Below, piece after piece: positions 10,281 through 19,145 of a stretch of DNA of 64,000 nt (position 1 is its first letter; every line of letters starts with the position of its first letter). The position numbers were made by a program, and so were the translations under genes. The DNA comes from Candidatus Gottesmanbacteria bacterium. Lineage in GTDB: Bacteria > Patescibacteriota > Microgenomatia > UBA10105 > UBA927. The notes below the pieces were generated by a model. It was not told where the DNA came from, did no database searches, and worked only from the letters and a program-made list of their open reading frames with translations. Location: the NCBI GenBank assembly GCA_963711735.1, contig CAVQFA010000003.1:18971-82970 (forward strand), in the 5' to 3' direction.

Positions 10281-11963
10281 ATGAATCCGTACGCTTCAGA
10301 TAAACTCAACGTAATACAGCTATGCATTTCCGGAATTATTACTCTTCTGGTCTGTATACTTCTTTGGTTCAGGGTATATCATCATGCTCTTTTTGTTTTA
10401 ACGCTGATATCAACCTGTCTTCTTATCTTCACCTCCTTACCAAAGCAATATATATTTAAGCTTCGGTTCGGAAAACCATTACTGTTATACATCCTGCTTT
10501 TCTCTCTGCCTCTCGTCATCCGGATACTCTTTTACGATATTACCCGTTTTCATGGAGATGACCTTCTCTCCTCATATTTTTCCGCGACAACCGACTGGAA
10601 AAATACGAATATGTTTGCGGGTATTCCAACGGATAAAGGTCAGTGGGTATGTCAGTTTCCGGCAATATATTTCTATCTGCAATACCTTTTTTTCCGTATA
10701 TTCGGTGCGTCATTGCTGACGGTAAAACTGTCAGTTCTTCCTTATATTTTCATTATTGGTGCATCACTCTATGGTATAGCAGCCACTTTGTTTGATAAAA
10801 AAACAGGCGTTATCAGTGTCATACTCTATAGTTTCTTTGCACCGGCTTTATATCTGGAAACGCTCGGTCTTCATTTCGCATCATCCACAGCCGCTTTCAC
10901 AACTGCGGTATTTCTCATGATTCTCACGGTCCGTCATCGAAATTACGGGTTTGCTGTTGCAACCGGTATCGTTGTCGGACTTTGCTACCTGACATACACC
11001 TCATCCTATATCGCAGGTCCGCTCATAATCTGTACGTTACTCATATCTGCCCTGAATAAACGGTCTGTGCAACTTTTCGCCTCTGCGTGTATAACGCTCA
11101 TCATTTCTCTTATGATCATCGCTCCGTACGGAGTCTATACAATCCGTAACGGCAATTATTTTCCCGGCAGGGCAAAACAGGTTTCATTGGTCAACGGAGA
11201 ATGGTCGCCGGTAAAGAATCTGAAAGGCACAATATTTTCTTATGTTCCGGCAATTACTTCAAATGCTGTACTTTCTTTCCGGTCTGTCTATACAGACGGA
11301 TTAAGCGGACACGGTGGATATAATTTCGGTAAACGGGCATTATTGGATCCCCTGTCATTAATCCTTTTTATTGCAGGATGTTTAATCATATGGAAACAAA
11401 TCCGGCATTCGAAACTTCTCCTTATTATTCCTCTCACAGTCTGCACTGCATTTTTCTTTGGAGTTATACTGACGATTCCGCCTCCTGCATTCCATAGATT
11501 TTCCGTAGTTTTCCCGATGTTGGTTCTCATAATGGCTCTGCCTATTTCCGTATGTTTTGTATCTAAATTGTTGAAGCCTGTGGGAATGATTATTGCAGTT
11601 TTCATTATCATTGTTTATTCAATTATCAACATACAAATATTTAAGGAATCAGCCGCCCCGGAAACAAACAATGAAGCATTTCGTCTGGCAGGATACATTG
11701 CCGGTCACTACGACAATAATATCCCCATCTATGTCGCATCGTTCCCGGGATATGTTCTGGAAAAGGAATTCTATTTCATGCCTGTATTTGATACGCATCA
11801 GATAAAAACGGATTATCATCAGAATTTTTTAAACTCTTTTCCGCCGGAACCGTATCTCTTTGTTTATATTTTTCCGGAGGTATTCGAACAGAAATTTATT
11901 GCGAAAAATCCGAACGGAAAAACAGTACAATTCAGTAAAACGTACGGTTTGTTTTCCGATTAA
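10281..11963 (+). CDS. GT-C family membrane glycosyltransferase (ArnT/PMT_2-like)
   Basis: 560 aa, about 12 TM helices, FHGDDLL loop motif, C-terminal soluble domain. Confidence 0.5.
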   Translation: MNPYASDKLNVIQLCISGIITLLVCILLWFRVYHHALFVLTLISTCLLIFTSLPKQYIFKLRFGKPLLLYILLFSLPLVIRILFYDITRFHGDDLLSSYFSATTDWKNTNMFAGIPTDKGQWVCQFPAIYFYLQYLFFRIFGASLLTVKLSVLPYIFIIGASLYGIAATLFDKKTGVISVILYSFFAPALYLETLGLHFASSTAAFTTAVFLMILTVRHRNYGFAVATGIVVGLCYLTYTSSYIAGPLIICTLLISALNKRSVQLFASACITLIISLMIIAPYGVYTIRNGNYFPGRAKQVSLVNGEWSPVKNLKGTIFSYVPAITSNAVLSFRSVYTDGLSGHGGYNFGKRALLDPLSLILFIAGCLIIWKQIRHSKLLLIIPLTVCTAFFFGVILTIPPPAFHRFSVVFPMLVLIMALPISVCFVSKLLKPVGMIIAVFIIIVYSIINIQIFKESAAPETNNEAFRLAGYIAGHYDNNIPIYVASFPGYVLEKEFYFMPVFDTHQIKTDYHQNFLNSFPPEPYLFVYIFPEVFEQKFIAKNPNGKTVQFSKTYGLFSD

Positions 11964-11972
11964 TTTCCGTGG

Positions 11973-13533
11973 TTACTTTTCTATAGTAAAAAATGCTTTC
12001 TGACCGTTTCCGTCAAAATGTTGTGTAATTTCCGCTGACGGTACACACCCGGAATAGATATCGAGCAACTGCTCACTGTTTGGTGCGATAACTATAGCAA
12101 AAGAGGATAAACTCTTGAGCGTATTGCAGGACGGTTGTACGGGATCCTGAGGGAAATTCCTGCGTTTGGATGCATCACGAAGTCTGTAATAGACCGCTTT
12201 CGGTTCCGGTATGCCCCAATCCCCCCAACAGCACGACGCCATATATGTTTGCGTTTTGTCGGGAAGTGAATCAAAATATTGGGCAATCATTATTCCCCAG
12301 GGCCCGTTTTGTTGGGGTAATGTTCTTGGATATTGATAAAAATATGCATTACAGACACCGGAAAATATATAGATAAAAATGATGCCCGTCAGGAAATATG
12401 CTGCAATTTTTAGTCTTGACCGTATAAATTCGTATAGAACTGAAATTCCGACTCCGGCAAGGATAAAACAAAATGGCGCCAGCGCAAGCGTCCGTGAGGA
12501 CGACGGGATCTCTATACTTAAAATTGTCGGAAGTACTGCGGGTAATGGAAGCAGGACAAACGGTATGACAATCAGTAACGCTTTAGGTCGGTATTTTTTC
12601 CTGAAAAGCATATACAATCCGATCAGCATAAAAAACGCCGTAACCGGCTCTAAAAAACCCCTGTTGGGAACGTTTGTGCGGAAACTTCTTTCCCCGTATA
12701 CAAATAGTCCGCGCATACTCGTGAGATAATTACCCGCCAATGTAACTCCGTATGATAATGGCGTAATGTTATTTGTATTTGTGAACTTACTTCCTATATA
12801 TCCTTTTATAAATTCCTGAGGCTGCAATGTTATGATTTTAATAAAAAACAAGCTAATAGGAACTACGCCTAATATCAATACGGGAAGCTGTGTAAAAAAC
12901 TTATGTTCCCTCAAAAGTATAATGCCGGCACAGAGCAGATAAATAAAAGGCAGATGAAATAAGGCAGGATATGTAACAAATCCCAGTGATGATATAAATC
13001 CTCCGAGAATTAAATCTGAATTTTTACCGCTTTTTATGTATTTCGACAACAAGAATATTGGGAAAGACGCTAAAAAAGGAGAAAACATCTGGGGTGACGT
13101 TCCGAGCCTTGCCCAAACCAGAATCCAAAATGATCCGGCGGTAAAAAGTGCAGAAAACAAAGCTATCTCAGGGGTAAATATCGATTGTGCGAGCAGAAAT
13201 ACGGAAATAATTCCGGAACCTGCAATAAGTATTGATACAAATTTATACGTTTCCCAGGTATCTCCGAATATATATGCAAAAGGAGCAACAACATAATGAT
13301 AGAGAGGACCGGTGCTTTGAAAAAAAGTGATCGGCCAGCTGTCCGTCCAGTATGCTCACGACATACTCGTGTTCATTGGATATGTCACCATACCATTCGC
13401 CGGGAAGCCCGCGGATGTTATAGAGGGCAATTGTGCAAAATATACCAAGAACGATACCGATACCGTAATGTTTATGGATAAATGTCCGGATAACACGTAT
13501 CAACATTCTAGTGGCTCCAAAGCAGTCTTTCAT
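11973..13533 (-). pseudogene. GT-C family glycosyltransferase (ArnT/PMT_2-like) interrupted by a 1-nt frameshift in an A7 run at 13320-13326
   Basis: the N-terminal 96-aa ORF (GLPGEWYGDISNEHEYV...LADHFF) continues in another frame as QSTGPLYHYVVAPFAYIFGD... into the 395-aa ORF; I translated the junction by hand. Confidence 0.65.
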
Positions 13534-14659
13534 AGGAAGTTATAACGTTCTCTTCTGATATCTGTTTGAAAAATATCCCTGATGAATGACCTAAAAACTG
13601 CCTTTTTTGCTGTACTATTCTGATAATTGCTTCCGCTATCGCATTACTGTCACGCGGGTGAACAATAATTCCCATACCTGTTACCCGCACCGGTACACGT
13701 ATGCCCGGTAGATCACTTGCGATAACCGGCACACCGGAGAGCATCGCTTCTGCCTGAACCATGCCGAATGCTTCCGTTGAATTGACGGATGGTACGACGA
13801 GCACATCCAGCAGTGCGTATAATGCTGCCAGTTCATCATCAGACAATTGTCCCAGCAGAATGATATGGTCTTTGTACGTATTAAATAATGATTTGATGGT
13901 CTTTTTATATGCATCTTCTCCTACAACATCGTCCGGTCCTGCTATAACAAGCTTTATACTTTTTTTCTGTGTAGGCATATTACGGAGAATGAGCGGAATT
14001 GACTGTATCAGATATTCTATTCCCTTCTCTGCCGCGATCCGTCCGATAAATCCTATGAGGATTGTGTTTTTCTTATTTACTTTATTTTCTATACTTTTTT
14101 TTATCCTTTCCGGTGGTTTACCCACAACTATTGGGGGATATAAAGGTATGACTTTCCTGAGGAACGGTTTGAGAAGTCTCGAATGCTCTGCGAAGTCCTG
14201 ACTTGATGTTACGATCCGTGAGCTTAATAAAAGTGAAATTCTGTTTACTGATTCAAGAAGGTATTGAATAATAGAATTGATCAATCCTTTGGGAAGCACA
14301 ACTTCACAATGATACACGGAAATAACTCTTTTATTCATCATCCACGCAAAACATGCGACAATCCATCCTTCAAACTGCGGAAGGTGAATGATAAAAACAT
14401 CGTTTTTTTGGGTTAATCGTAATGATTGGATTATCCAGTCAAATGAGAGAAATCCTTTACTGATTTGTAAGAAAGGGTTTGCACGAACGATATAAACACC
14501 GTTGAGTGTTTCCCTATTCGGAAGATTTTTGGTATTTTGCATGGAGAGCACTGTTACCCTATGTCCTTTATGAGCAAGCCCTTCAGCTATACTCCTGGCA
14601 TATACTGTCAGTCCGGAAAGATACGGAGTGTAATAAGTGAGTGAAATAAGGACATTCAT
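13508..14659 (-). CDS. glycosyltransferase family 4 (GT-B fold)
   Basis: C-terminal EX7E-like motif EAFGMVQAEAMLSGVPVIASD; 4-nt overlap with the upstream HAD gene. Confidence 0.8.
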   Translation of the reverse strand: MNVLISLTYYTPYLSGLTVYARSIAEGLAHKGHRVTVLSMQNTKNLPNRETLNGVYIVRANPFLQISKGFLSFDWIIQSLRLTQKNDVFIIHLPQFEGWIVACFAWMMNKRVISVYHCEVVLPKGLINSIIQYLLESVNRISLLLSSRIVTSSQDFAEHSRLLKPFLRKVIPLYPPIVVGKPPERIKKSIENKVNKKNTILIGFIGRIAAEKGIEYLIQSIPLILRNMPTQKKSIKLVIAGPDDVVGEDAYKKTIKSLFNTYKDHIILLGQLSDDELAALYALLDVLVVPSVNSTEAFGMVQAEAMLSGVPVIASDLPGIRVPVRVTGMGIIVHPRDSNAIAEAIIRIVQQKRQFLGHSSGIFFKQISEENVITSYERLLWSH

Positions 14660-15249
14660 GAATTTTGCGTCGCCTGCTCTATCTCTGCAAGCGCCTTTTT
14701 CAGGTATGGTATTTTATGCGGATAATCGATTCTCCGATCTGTTACGTTATAATTCCAATATACGACAGCGCTGGTTCGCGGCTGTACATATTCAACGATA
14801 TCCCAATTATCCTCTACAAAATAGTCTAACTTCAGCCTCTCGATAACATCAAGCTTATGTTCATGCGGCTGCAAATCGTGCATATTCATATTCACACTTG
14901 TAAATATAGACTCCATTCCGTATCGCCTGAGCCATCTCGTTAAACTTGGCTGGAGGAAATGGAACCGCGCGGTTATGAGATGAAACTCCATATCCGGACG
15001 CTTCGAGAGTTCGCGGAGAAGCTTTGTACCGTTTGCCGGAAAAACGCTCGATTCATGAACAACAATCCAAAAAAATCGCTCAAGGGGTGTTGATGGGACA
15101 AAGAAACGAAGTCTTTTTACCCCGAGAACTTCCCGTTTAAACCATGTGACAGGTGCACGGATAATACGGAAAGGATTGTATGCCACTACTCCGTCAAAAT
15201 CCAAACCAACCTTAATTTTTTTCATACATTTGAAAATATTCAACTTCAA
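14656..15249 (-). CDS. HAD-superfamily hydrolase or phosphatase (5'-nucleotidase-like)
   Basis: motif I DFDGVV near the N-terminus and an acidic motif FVEDNWD; operon position between the UbiA gene and GT4. Confidence 0.45.
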   Translation of the reverse strand: MKLNIFKCMKKIKVGLDFDGVVAYNPFRIIRAPVTWFKREVLGVKRLRFFVPSTPLERFFWIVVHESSVFPANGTKLLRELSKRPDMEFHLITARFHFLQPSLTRWLRRYGMESIFTSVNMNMHDLQPHEHKLDVIERLKLDYFVEDNWDIVEYVQPRTSAVVYWNYNVTDRRIDYPHKIPYLKKALAEIEQATQNS

Positions 15250-15337
15250 ATCTTCTGCTTTCCTCTTCCCTCATTCCTCATAATTCTTATTCGTAAATCA
15301 ATCGTAAATCGTTAAATCCTTTTGACTTATCAATATT

Positions 15338-16282
15338 CTACTGTCCCAACCCATACACAACCAGAAGTACGCTTGCCCCCCAGATGACAACAGACGAGAT
15401 GAGAGCTTTATCCGTAGTTATGAGTTTCTCTAAAAGTCCTTCCCTGACGGAGTAAATTATCTGCAGATACCGCATAATGGCGTAAAGAGCAGGCGGTACA
15501 GTTATCATGAGCCATTTCCTTTCTAACCATCCGGCAACAACCCCGTCCATCCCGCGGAAAAGTCCGGACCCGCCCTGCACTGTGAGAAATGTAAAGTACG
15601 CGTATGTGACAAACGTTGCGTTAGCAAAAACAGCCACATACGCATCAAGAAGTCTTTCTGAATAGAGAAATTGCTGGCCCCGCCCGATACCGTCACGGAG
15701 CCTGTCGTGGATTTTGAGAAAAGAAAGTTCTGCGCGGCGCTTTCCGATTGCCAGAAGAAGTGATGCTGAAAGGACTGTTAAAAATAACCAGACGGATATA
15801 TGATATCCGCTCGCAGCTTCCCCTGCCAGAACACGTAGGAGATATCCTGCAGAAATCGCCAACACATCAATGACACTATGGTAGCGGAAAATATAGTACG
15901 AACCATAGTGAAGGAGTATAAATCCAAGTGCGATACTCACAAAAGAGGAGCTTATGGTATATCCGATAGCAAGACCGGAAGCTGCAAACATGAGTGATAC
16001 TATGATTGCACGCTTCTCAGGAAGCTCACGGGTAGCTACCGGTCGGACACGTTTAAACGGATGACGCCGGTCTGATGCGGCATCCAGAATATCGTTGAGA
16101 ATATAGTTCGAGGAGGATAAAAGACAAAACGAAAAAAACGCAAGTATTGTTTTCCATACTACTTCTCCGTCAAACAGATATCCACCGAATAGAATCGGGA
16201 GAAAAAGAAGCCCGTTTTTGAGCCATTGTCTGGGTCTGGCAACGTCAATAATTGCTCGGATCTGTTTCATGTATCCTACCAC
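15338..16282 (-). CDS. UbiA-family polyprenyl-phosphate 5-phosphoribosyltransferase (decaprenyl-phosphate phosphoribosyltransferase-like, Rv3806c family)
   Basis: NDILDAASDRRHPFKRVRPVATRELP matches the NDxxDxxxD...HPxKRxRP signature of DPPR synthases; 8-9 TM helices. Confidence 0.75.
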   Translation of the reverse strand: MVGYMKQIRAIIDVARPRQWLKNGLLFLPILFGGYLFDGEVVWKTILAFFSFCLLSSSNYILNDILDAASDRRHPFKRVRPVATRELPEKRAIIVSLMFAASGLAIGYTISSSFVSIALGFILLHYGSYYIFRYHSVIDVLAISAGYLLRVLAGEAASGYHISVWLFLTVLSASLLLAIGKRRAELSFLKIHDRLRDGIGRGQQFLYSERLLDAYVAVFANATFVTYAYFTFLTVQGGSGLFRGMDGVVAGWLERKWLMITVPPALYAIMRYLQIIYSVREGLLEKLITTDKALISSVVIWGASVLLVVYGLGQ

Positions 16283-16316
16283 CCAGAGTATATACCATTC
16301 TTACTCCGGTTTGCAC

Positions 16317-16392
16317 CCTAAAAATTTCGCAAAATTCATGAAATGAATTATTTTATGAAAATAATTCAGCGAAATTTTTGGGGAAAAAGCGG
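16317..16392. promoter_or_regulatory. 76-bp nested palindrome in the divergent promoter region between the UbiA gene and the FAD oxidoreductase
   Basis: taaaaatttcgc...gcgaaattttt arms enclose a perfect 11-3-11 palindrome tgaattattttatgaaaataattca; a separate 10-bp inverted repeat ggtttgcacc/ggtgcaaacc lies at 16310 and 16421. Confidence 0.4.
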
Positions 16393-16509
16393 ATTAGAAT
16401 GGTATATGCTGGAAAAATCAGGTGCAAACCTGAGTTTTTTCAGTATAAAGTAGAGCGAATAAATTAAAAAGAGCAGTAATTCTCGTTCGCTTGGAGGTAT
16501 AATGTATGC

Positions 16510-17822
16510 ATGACAATCGCTGTTATCGGAGGAGGACTTACGGGACTATCTGCGGCATACAGATTTGCTCAAAAAGGTGCGGAAGTGCATGTATATGAGA
16601 AAGAACGCTATTTGGGCGGGTTATCCCGCGGATTTAAAGCTCCGGGATGGGAATGGTCACTCGAGACATTCTATCATCACTTTTTTACGAACGACGCGGA
16701 TCTTATAAGTCTTGCAGGAGAGTTGAATATTGCTGACCGTTTACTCACAAAAAGACCCATTACCGCAACGCTCGTTGGCCGGAAGGAAAAATTTATCAAC
16801 TCGATTCCCCGCTCTCCCTTTTGAAATTCGACCGGATATCACCGGGAGACCGTCTGAGAACCGGCGCAATGTTGGCATTCTTAAAAATAAATCCGTTTTG
16901 GAAACCAATGGAAAGTGTAACCGCTGAAAATTTCATTAAAAATTTTGGTGGAAACGAAGGGTGGAAAACGCTCTGGGAACCCCTTCTGTATGGGAAGTTC
17001 GGATCCTTTGCCTCACAAATTTGCGCTTCCTGGTTTTGGGCGAGAATCCATAAACGGACGACGAACTTAGGATATTTCAGGGGTGGGTTTCAGACACTGA
17101 TAGATCATCTTGAAAAAGCTGTCAAATCACATGGTGGAGAAATACGACATGGGTTACGTCTGTTGATTCGGTAGAGATGGACGGACATTCCGGCTCTCAA
17201 CGGTATAAAATTCTTGATTCATACTATGATAAAGTTCTTCTCACCGTTCCCACCCCAATTGCAGATAAAATTCTTTCCCGGCTCACAACTGATGACCCAC
17301 AACTGACAACTGACAACTTACAGCTTACAACCCATAACACTAATCCCCCATCTTCATGCCCAGATGCTTATTCTGGAAACGAAGGAACCGATTTTGGAAC
17401 GTACATACTGGCTTAATATCAATGACCGGTCGTTCCCGTTCCTGGCAGCTGTCGCGCATACGAATTTCATGGATAAAAAGTACTATGGCAACCACCATAT
17501 CACATATTTCGGTAACTACCTCCCCGACAACCACCCCTATCTTTCCATGAATGCCGACCGATTACTTGATACTTTCTATCCTTATATTCAACAATTAAAT
17601 TCCGGTTTTCGTAAATCGTATATCGTCAATCGTAAATCATTTGTAGGAATGAATGCCCAGCCGGTTCATACCCTTCATTACTCACAAAAAGCTCCGAAAC
17701 TGGAAACCGGCATACCGGACGTGTATCTGGCAAATTTGGACTCCATCTACCCCTGGGACCGTGGAACGAATTATGCTATCGCTTTAGGAAAAACCTCGGC
17801 CGAAAAAATTCTTCAAAACTAA
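16510..17822 (+). pseudogene. FAD-dependent oxidoreductase (HemY/protoporphyrinogen-oxidase/amine-oxidase-like) split into four ORFs in frames 0/2/1/2
   Basis: N-terminal GGGLTGLSAAYRFAQKG...YEKERYLGG dinucleotide-binding motif; EPLLYGKFG and VLLTVPTPIADKIL segments; a CAACTGA heptanucleotide repeat sits at the 17.3-kb junction. Confidence 0.7.
17288..17331 (+). repeat. imperfect tandem heptanucleotide repeat (CAACTGA)n inside the oxidoreductase coding sequence
   Basis: caactgatgacccacaactgacaactgacaacttacagctta; the unit is not a multiple of 3 and coincides with a frame change. Confidence 0.5.
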
Positions 17823-18348
17823 CTCAACGACTATTCCCATATAAACAATTATAGATTTTTAAAATCCATTACTCAATGATCTTCATCAACAGGAAAGTGC
17901 TGGTACGATAAAAAAACGGCAGTCTAAAAAAACGCACGTAAGGTATCCTTTATGGGAAGTTGATCGCCTGCCCAACAATCAACTCCCCATATAAGTTACC
18001 TCTCGTGCGTTTTTAATATCTTAACTTTTGTTGCATTGAAAATTGTCTGAGTCTTTTGGTGCAACTGCCCGTTCATTTCAAAAATTCAATGTCCCCTTTT
18101 TTGTACTTTTACAGGATAGTAAATTTTTCATTACTGCATCTGAGTAACAAATGTATCTACCTGTATACCAATTCTACTCGAAAGCCCAAACCCAAACATT
18201 TCGTGCCGTTGATTGTATCGCTGGAATTATGAGTTGTCAATTGGATAATGCTGAGAATATACTTAAAAATGATAAACGTTATAAGTTATAAATAATTGTC
18301 GTGGAAAAATTACGGAGAAAAATGTATGAATTAAGCCACTAAAACAAT

Positions 18349-18378
18349 CTAATCTAAAAAGATTAGCTTTGTTTTTTT
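18349..18378 (+). terminator. rho-independent terminator (ctaatct-aaaa-agattag followed by ctttgttttttt)
   Basis: 7-bp perfect stem with tetraloop and T-run; downstream of two tiny ORFs (a 20-aa and a 6-aa ORF). Confidence 0.5.
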
Positions 18379-18380
18379 AT

Positions 18381-18409
18381 TTGACAGGATTTCACGGTGT
18401 TGTTACATT
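18381..18409 (+). promoter_or_regulatory. sigma70-like promoter (TTGACA, 17-bp spacer, TACATT)
   Basis: -35 ttgaca at 18381-18386 and -10 tacatt at 18404-18409 with 17-bp spacing. Confidence 0.4.
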
Positions 18410-18415
18410 CTCTAA

Positions 18416-18520
18416 CTAGATATTGCCACATCTCTGCTCAAGATCGGCATTATCATTACAAAAAGCATTACTACTCGTAGCCCAAACCCAATTCTAGCTA
18501 GCGGTAGTGATGCTTTTTTA
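18416..18520 (+). ncRNA. candidate small RNA of ~105 nt (promoter-to-terminator unit)
   Basis: bounded by the promoter above and by a 10-bp stem GCATTACTAC/GTAGTGATGC followed by T6 at 18514-18519; no ORF inside. Confidence 0.35.
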
Positions 18521-18766
18521 TTGTCGTTGAGAGTAGTAATTTCGAGTCATTGAGAAATTATGTACTCTCAACGATTCAGCGCACGAAGTGTCGCTGAATT
18601 CACCTTGTAAATAATCTCCTATCGAATTTTCAACAAATTACGTACTCTCAACAGTGTCACTAGGACTACTACGATATCATCCACCATCAATACCTATCAG
18701 TCATAGATGACAAAAGAGATCTATGACTACCAAGATACCCCACAGGGCGTATGTAGATTACATTCC

Positions 18767-18943
18767 CTATAGCGTAAATACCGGAATGCTCAATCCCTTT
18801 TTCTTGAGCGCTATAAACTGACTCCGCGCATCTTTTTCAAACCGCTCACGCTCAATTTCAAGCGGAGATGCCCTCCTACTCTCCTGTTTTCCAAATATTT
18901 TGGAAAACCCCAAACCCATCTTTGCCAGCAGTTTCTTTGTCAT
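18767..18943 (-). CDS. hypothetical 58-aa Lys-rich protein, leaderless (below the ORF-track cutoff)
   Basis: hand translation gives MTKKLLAKMGLGFSKIFGKQESRRASPLEIERERFEKDARSQFIALKKKGLSIPVFTL; minus-strand TTGACA, 17-bp spacer, TTAAAT promoter ends 6 nt before the ATG. Confidence 0.4.
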   Translation of the reverse strand: MTKKLLAKMGLGFSKIFGKQESRRASPLEIERERFEKDARSQFIALKKKGLSIPVFTL

Positions 18944-19038
18944 ATATTTATTTAAACGGGTTGTAAACTGCTTGTCAAGTCCTATAGGAAATTCAGTTAT
19001 TAAAATATATATACCTATAGTTATTTTAACTATAGTTA
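18944..19038 (-). promoter_or_regulatory. promoter plus three CTATAG-core palindromic boxes upstream of the 58-aa ORF
   Basis: TCCTATAGGA (18980-18989) abuts the -35; cctatagtt and aactatagtt at 19014 and 19029. Confidence 0.4.
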
Positions 19039-19145
19039 GATCATTACAGCAACGTTTATTTTTTTATGATATTTATGTGGATAAGTTTGGGAAGAAGCTG
19101 ATACGCGACTACTCAGCGTATAAAAGAGGGATATGTGAATGTATA

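Noticed and set aside
16510-17822. UDP-galactopyranose mutase (Glf) identity for the FAD protein, suggested by the HHFFTND segment and the arabinogalactan-like context
   Set aside because: The downstream EPLLYGKFG...lS motif and overall layout fit HemY/amine-oxidase-type flavoproteins rather than UGM. It is left as a generic FAD oxidoreductase.
19077-19085. Perfect DnaA box TGTGGATAA, considered as evidence for oriC
   Set aside because: It is a single box. dnaA and dnaN are not adjacent (recF is 33 kb away), I could not find a cluster of boxes, and a lone 9-mer is expected by chance roughly once per 130 kb.
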